Positions 58,961-64,000 of a stretch of DNA of 64,000 bases are shown piece after piece (position 1 is the first letter of the stretch; every line of letters begins with the position of its first letter). The position numbers and the translations under genes were made by a program. Origin of the DNA: Lama glama. Its lineage: Eukaryota. The stretch spans positions 33,728,001 through 33,792,000 of the forward strand of contig CM052832.1 of NCBI GenBank assembly GCA_028534125.1, in the 5' to 3' direction. Under the pieces are notes generated by a model. That model worked only from the letters and a program-made list of their open reading frames with translations. It was not told where the DNA came from and did no database searches.

Positions 58961-61900
58961 GTAGGAACTGACTCACTATGTTGGTAAAAATACCTGGATC
59001 AGCCGGTGCTTAAACGGCAGGCCTGTGTGCAGGGCTGGACCCGAGGTGGCGGTGGGTCTGGCTGTGCTGGTGCCGCTGTGGGACAGCCCAGACCGCTGTC
59101 CCTCCCGGCTCGGGGGCTCCACGGCGCCCTCGGCCGTGCCGCGGCTGCTGGAGGGGAAGCTTTCGCGGAGGCTCTTGTCGTGGTTAAACGAAGGTGTGCC
59201 GGTCACGGTCTGGAGGACGGATAAGACCGTGTTTGGATGGTGTTCTTTCCTTCCTGAAGCGTCTTCCTCTCCCCTGCCCTTGCGCCCCCACCCCGTCTCT
59301 GCCCACGGCACGTGTGACTGCCCAGGAAGGGCCGCGGTGTGCCAGCACTCGTTCCCAGGTCTGCAGGAGGCCGGCCTCTCTCCGCGTGTGCCATCTGACA
59401 CCCTCAGGTGGACACGTGTCTGCCGACTCGCCCCCACAGCCCTGGTCTCAGGCGGCGTCCCTGCTGCTCCAGGCGGGTTGTCACCCTGCGCGCGCGTCCA
59501 CGCGCGGCTTCGCACCAGCAAGTTCTGTCCATTAAAGAAAGAGTGTGGAGACGTGCTGGCAGGGACGCTGCTGCAGACCAGGGACACGGCTACGGGAGGC
59601 CCAGGTTCTCACTCCCGGGATTTATACGCACGCTAAGTTGTGGTTGAGGTTACGTATGTTACATACACAAGTCATGCGATTTTTCTTTAAACAGATCGTT
59701 ATGTTTTACTTTGCATGGATTAGTAAGCTTTCCACGGCCTGTGGTGGCTCTGTGGCCGGCCGGACGTGCAGGGCACGCCGGTGACCCTGTGTGTGTCCCT
59801 GGAGTCTGCTTGGCCGTCGAGGTGCGCACAGGCTTCCTGTGCTCAGGAGACCGTTTCTGTCCTTGACCACGCCTTTCGGGGAAACCAGACCTAATTTCCT
59901 TGCTCATTGAGGAGATTCACAGAGAAGCGTGAACGTTTGTGAAGGAAGCAAACAGAGCAGCTCTCCTGCTGGCGGCTGCGTTGGCCTCGCAGCATTTCCA
60001 CATTGGTTTATGACAGTTGACTGTGTTGCGTGATTCATGCTATGGACCAAAAAAGGCCCGATTTTAAATTTTAAACAACAAAACATTTAGGTCATTTGCA
60101 CGTGCTCTTCTGGCTGTGGGTGCAAAGAGGCGTCTTCTGATAGGAGTCCTTAGATGTATTGTGAGGACGTTACACTTAAAAACGTAAGGCTACGCTTTCA
60201 GAAGTTAAAGCGGGAGAAAGGCGATGTCAGCGAGAGAAGCCGAAACTATGTGGCTTTGAGCCTGTTCACAGCCTGAGACACGTTATGTAAAAAGTTGCGT
60301 GTTATTTTTTAACGACACCGTTTCGGCTTGTAGCCTTCTGACCACCTGCATGTCCTTGGAGCTGCGTCGGGCTGTGTGGGTGTCCCCCTTTATCCACGGT
60401 CTTGTTCTCCAGATTCAGGAACCAAACAGACCAAATTTCAGTCTGTTTCTTTTACATTTTCGCACTGGGGCACAGAAGAAGTTTGTATTGGGAGAAATAG
60501 ATTTTGAAGGTGAGAGAAACAATACGTCGAAATGTCAATGATCCCTACTTTTGCTTGTGTTAATTTTCTTCTTTACACTTCTCTGCTTTCCATATATTTG
60601 AAATGAGTGTGTGTAAGCCTTTTCAAGCAGGGAAAAAGATAAATGCTATTTTGAAAGCAGGCCCCCTCCCAATTCCAACAAGTCTGCATGCGACTGCTAT
60701 ATGGATGCGTAAGCAGTGAGGTCTTCCGTGAGCTCCGTGGGTCTGAGGGTCCCAGATTCACCTCACCTGCCGCCCGGCGGTCACGCCCAGCAGCACCGCG
60801 TTTGAGTAAAGCCGATGGTCGCAGTTCGGGTCACGAGGTTGCCTGTGGTTCCGCCCTGATAAACTAGCCAGAGACACTGAGAGGTGAGCTGGGGTCAGGG
60901 CGGGGTCACAAGTACCCGTAAGCTTTTCCTCTCACAGGACGGCCCTTTGCTCTTGGGACAGGCAGGTCATGAAGTGACCCGAGTCTGAACTTCTCCCAGG
61001 ACGCGGCAGAAAACCATTTGAAAGACACCACGGGTCCTGCTGCCCGGCCTGGACAGGGCAGGCCCCCGGCCCAGGGGCCCTCCCGGGATGCCAGCTTGCG
61101 AGGGAGCGCCCCGAGACACAGCTGTGCTTTAATACAGCCCTTCAGCCTTTTCTCTGTTTTTACTTAATTTTTCCTTTTTATCTGGGGGGTGGGTGTCAGG
61201 GAGCACAGATCAGTAGCAAGAAGCTACTTTTAGAAATAAAAATAAGAGTAATTGCCGAATGTTCGGCTCGGTGCACGCCGGGACCTCCCCAGGGACGTCA
61301 CGTACGTTGTCCTATAGGATACGCGCCTCCTGCTGGGAGGTGCAGTCCGTTCTCCCGTGCCAGGTGCACGCGACAGGTGCAGGGGCTGAGGGGCAGGTGG
61401 GGGCCCCGCCTGCTCAGAGCCACGGCCGCCGAGGTGGGGGCAGCCCTTCCCCAGCCGCGCGCGGACCCCTGATCAGGCCGGGTGAGGGAGCAGTGGGACC
61501 GGGGAGCTTCTCGTTTCCCAGAGAGACAGAAAGTTACCTTCTCTCCGCTTCCCCTTCCTGCCACTTGTCGTCCATGGGGCAGAGAAATGTCTGGGAGCTT
61601 GCAGTGGCGGGCAGCTGTCAGACCTCGGGCCCGCTTCCCCGCTGTGTGCGGCCCCCGTGCAGAGGGTGTGCTTGGGGACGACGAGTAGGGGGTGCTCTTC
61701 TGGTTCCTCGGCTTCTGAGTGAGTCCACCTTCACGGCAGCTTCGGTCTCAGCCACGGCAGAGGTCTGGGGCGAGCTGGGGGCCTCCGAGGGGCAGTGGGC
61801 AGTGGGCAGAGCTGGGGAGAGAAGGCCGCGGTGTCCACGGTCTGCTCCCTCGTCTCCCAGTCTGCGCCGGCATTCTGCCTCCTGCCTCAGTCCACCCAGC

Positions 61901-64000
61901 TCTGGAGGGAGAGGCCATCTCTCCCCCCTGAGGTGTGTTGCAACGTCATCGGCAAACTGCTGTTTTTCCTCCTCACGCTTGGAGCACGGCTTCATTCCCT
62001 GCTGTGTTCGAGTTCTCCAAAGGGCTGGTGGTCCCCAAGTCTGCTCCCCAGTAAGGCCTCACCTCACAGATACGCAGGACGTCGGAGCTGCCCTACCTCC
62101 TTGGCCGGGTCTGACGCGGGGGGGGGGGACCCCCAGGGACCGCCCTGCCCCATAGCCCTGGGGACATGGTTGTGCTGACAAGTGAAGCCCCCACCCCCGT
62201 TCTCCTGGGATGATCATTCCACAGTTTCCATCCCTAGATGGGTTAGGGGCATGGGGTGGGCACAGCACGAACGCAGGTTCTCAGCTGTGTTTTAAAAGGT
62301 AAAATTGAGGATCTGACGTTAAATTGGAAAAGTGACTCTTAGCAAATGTAAGTGTGTGTGTGGGTGGAGGGGGGAGGAAGAAAGTGCATGTGGAGTGGAG
62401 TGCCGCCTGCGTGGACGCCGCCACGCCCGTGGGCGGCAGTTACCTGTGTTGAGCGGAAGCCTGTGCTCACCCACCTCGCTCTGCGGGTGCTGCTGTGATG
62501 ATGGCCACGCCCCAGGGTCATGAAATGACCACCTGTCCCCTCCAAAGTCACGGGTCTGCCCCTGAAGCTGAAAGTCCTGGGGAAACGGTGGGAAAAGCTT
62601 GGGGTGACTCCTTCCCTCACGTCGAAGGTGTCCCCGGAGGGCCCCGGGCCTCGCCTCCCACAGCGGGGCCGCCCGGCCAGGCCTCGCCCTGTCTCTGCCT
62701 CCTCGCCGGGGCGGCTCCTTCCTCTCCCTGTGTCCCTGTCCTCCCGTCCGCTCCCCACCCCTAACCCGTCTCCCACTTCCTGTCTGATCCCGCCCACGAG
62801 CGAACACCAGCTCTTTAACTTTAATAGCAAGACTGTTGATGTGATCGAGGTTAATTGCCCTCGTAAAGCATGACATCATCTAGATTCAGGGATGATTTTG
62901 CAGGAGACGGCGATGCTCTGACTCTTGCTCAGAGCGGACACTGTGCAGGACTAGAATGATTGACACTTTGACTTGCTAGTTAAAGAGCTTCCACATGGGT
63001 CATTGACTCTGTCCCACGCTCTTCATGCCTTGTTGTAGCCGAGGAGTATGCAAAAGCCACCATCCTCTTGGGACCCAATTTCCGCAGGGTTTTCCCAGGT
63101 AGCCGTTAGAGCGGCTCCAGGTGCGGGGGCTGAGCCATGCGCACGCGCTCAGTATGCCCCGATGCATGGGCTGGGACGGCTGAGTGACGGCCCCTTTCAT
63201 CTTAGCAGAGGGGGCGGAGACCTGGCCTTCCACCGAGGCAGTCACAAGTGGAGTGTTGCAGAGTCAGAATTACCTAAAGGCGAAATTGAGAAGCCATTTG
63301 TGACTCTGCCTGAGCACCATTGACTTCGGGCTCACGTAAGAACGGTCAGCGAAGCTCCTGAGGGGACGGGTGCAGCTCCTCCAGCCTCGCGGCCGCAGCT
63401 GCCGTACAGTCGCATGAAATGTTGGCGACCACTTCTGCTGTGTTTTCTCATGTTCTAAAGAAAGTGGCTGCACTTGAATCATTCCTGCTGGCTGCTTCTG
63501 CAGAAGCTAGGACCTGAGACGCCTGAGAACGAAGCCCCTCCTCTGCGCGCGCAGTGGGCGCTGGTGCCGCGCCTGTGTCACGCGGCAGCCGGAGGGCGCG
63601 GACTGGCTTTTGTTCCCTTGCTTGTGCGTGTGCCCCGGCCCGCCTGGCACAGGACACGCGCCCGGCACGCTTGAAATGAGTGGCCTCTCCCTGTCGCATC
63701 GTTTCTTTATAAAAATTCATGAAATTAATTCATAAAAAGCTTGAAATGTGTTTCATTCCTCTTACTATTAAAGTACTGTTTCCTGTACTTAGCATAAGAC
63801 GTTTTCCACTGAGTATGATCTCACAGCGTTTAGGGTTGAGTTGTGATGGATTTACTCGGTTCCAACAAAACGGTTTCGGGCGGTTTTCTGTCTTGTTGCG
63901 CGCTGACCGTGAAGGGACGCGGCCTCGCGCTCGCGCTCGCACGTCCGTGTGCTGCGGGGAGTTCCCCGTTGCCTCTAGCGTGTGCTGGTGTTGGACCTCA

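Noticed and set aside
61259-62155. 298-aa ORF, the longest in the track
   Set aside because: GC-rich intronic sequence depleted of stop codons. The composition is P/G/R/S/A-rich with no recognisable domain, and overlapping ORFs occur in several frames.

Overview
This is mammalian genomic DNA, not prokaryotic. The whole window lies inside the GMDS gene (GDP-mannose 4,6-dehydratase, first step of de novo GDP-fucose synthesis) on the + strand. Three coding exons with canonical AG/GT boundaries are present: 39777-39969 (193 nt), 40748-40852 (105 nt) and 58833-58960 (128 nt). From my recollection of the human gene these are exons 5-7. The rest is intron: about 39.8 kb of the long upstream intron, a 778-nt intron, a 17,980-nt intron and 5 kb of the next intron. 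A tRNA-Ala-derived SINE resembling the camelid Vic-1 family and a camelid-type L1 3' end suggest a camel, alpaca or llama genome (moderate confidence). The introns hold many old L1, L2, MIR, MER and MLT1 fossils, several tandem repeats and one 100-N assembly gap. They are unusually GC- and CpG-rich, and the old L1 copies look rewritten AT->GC. Almost all ORFs in the supplied track are chance ORFs in GC-rich intron. I found no new protein-coding or mobile system. The best leads are: a three-layer nested L1 with recoverable target-site duplications, a candidate recursive splice site, A/T-ending codons retained in exon 7 against a strong GC shift, a perfect DR1 element, motif-dense AT-rich islands that may be FOXC1-region enhancers, and a SINE copy with intact Pol III signals. 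All repeat-family names and human comparisons come from memory of consensus sequences and need RepeatMasker or alignment confirmation.
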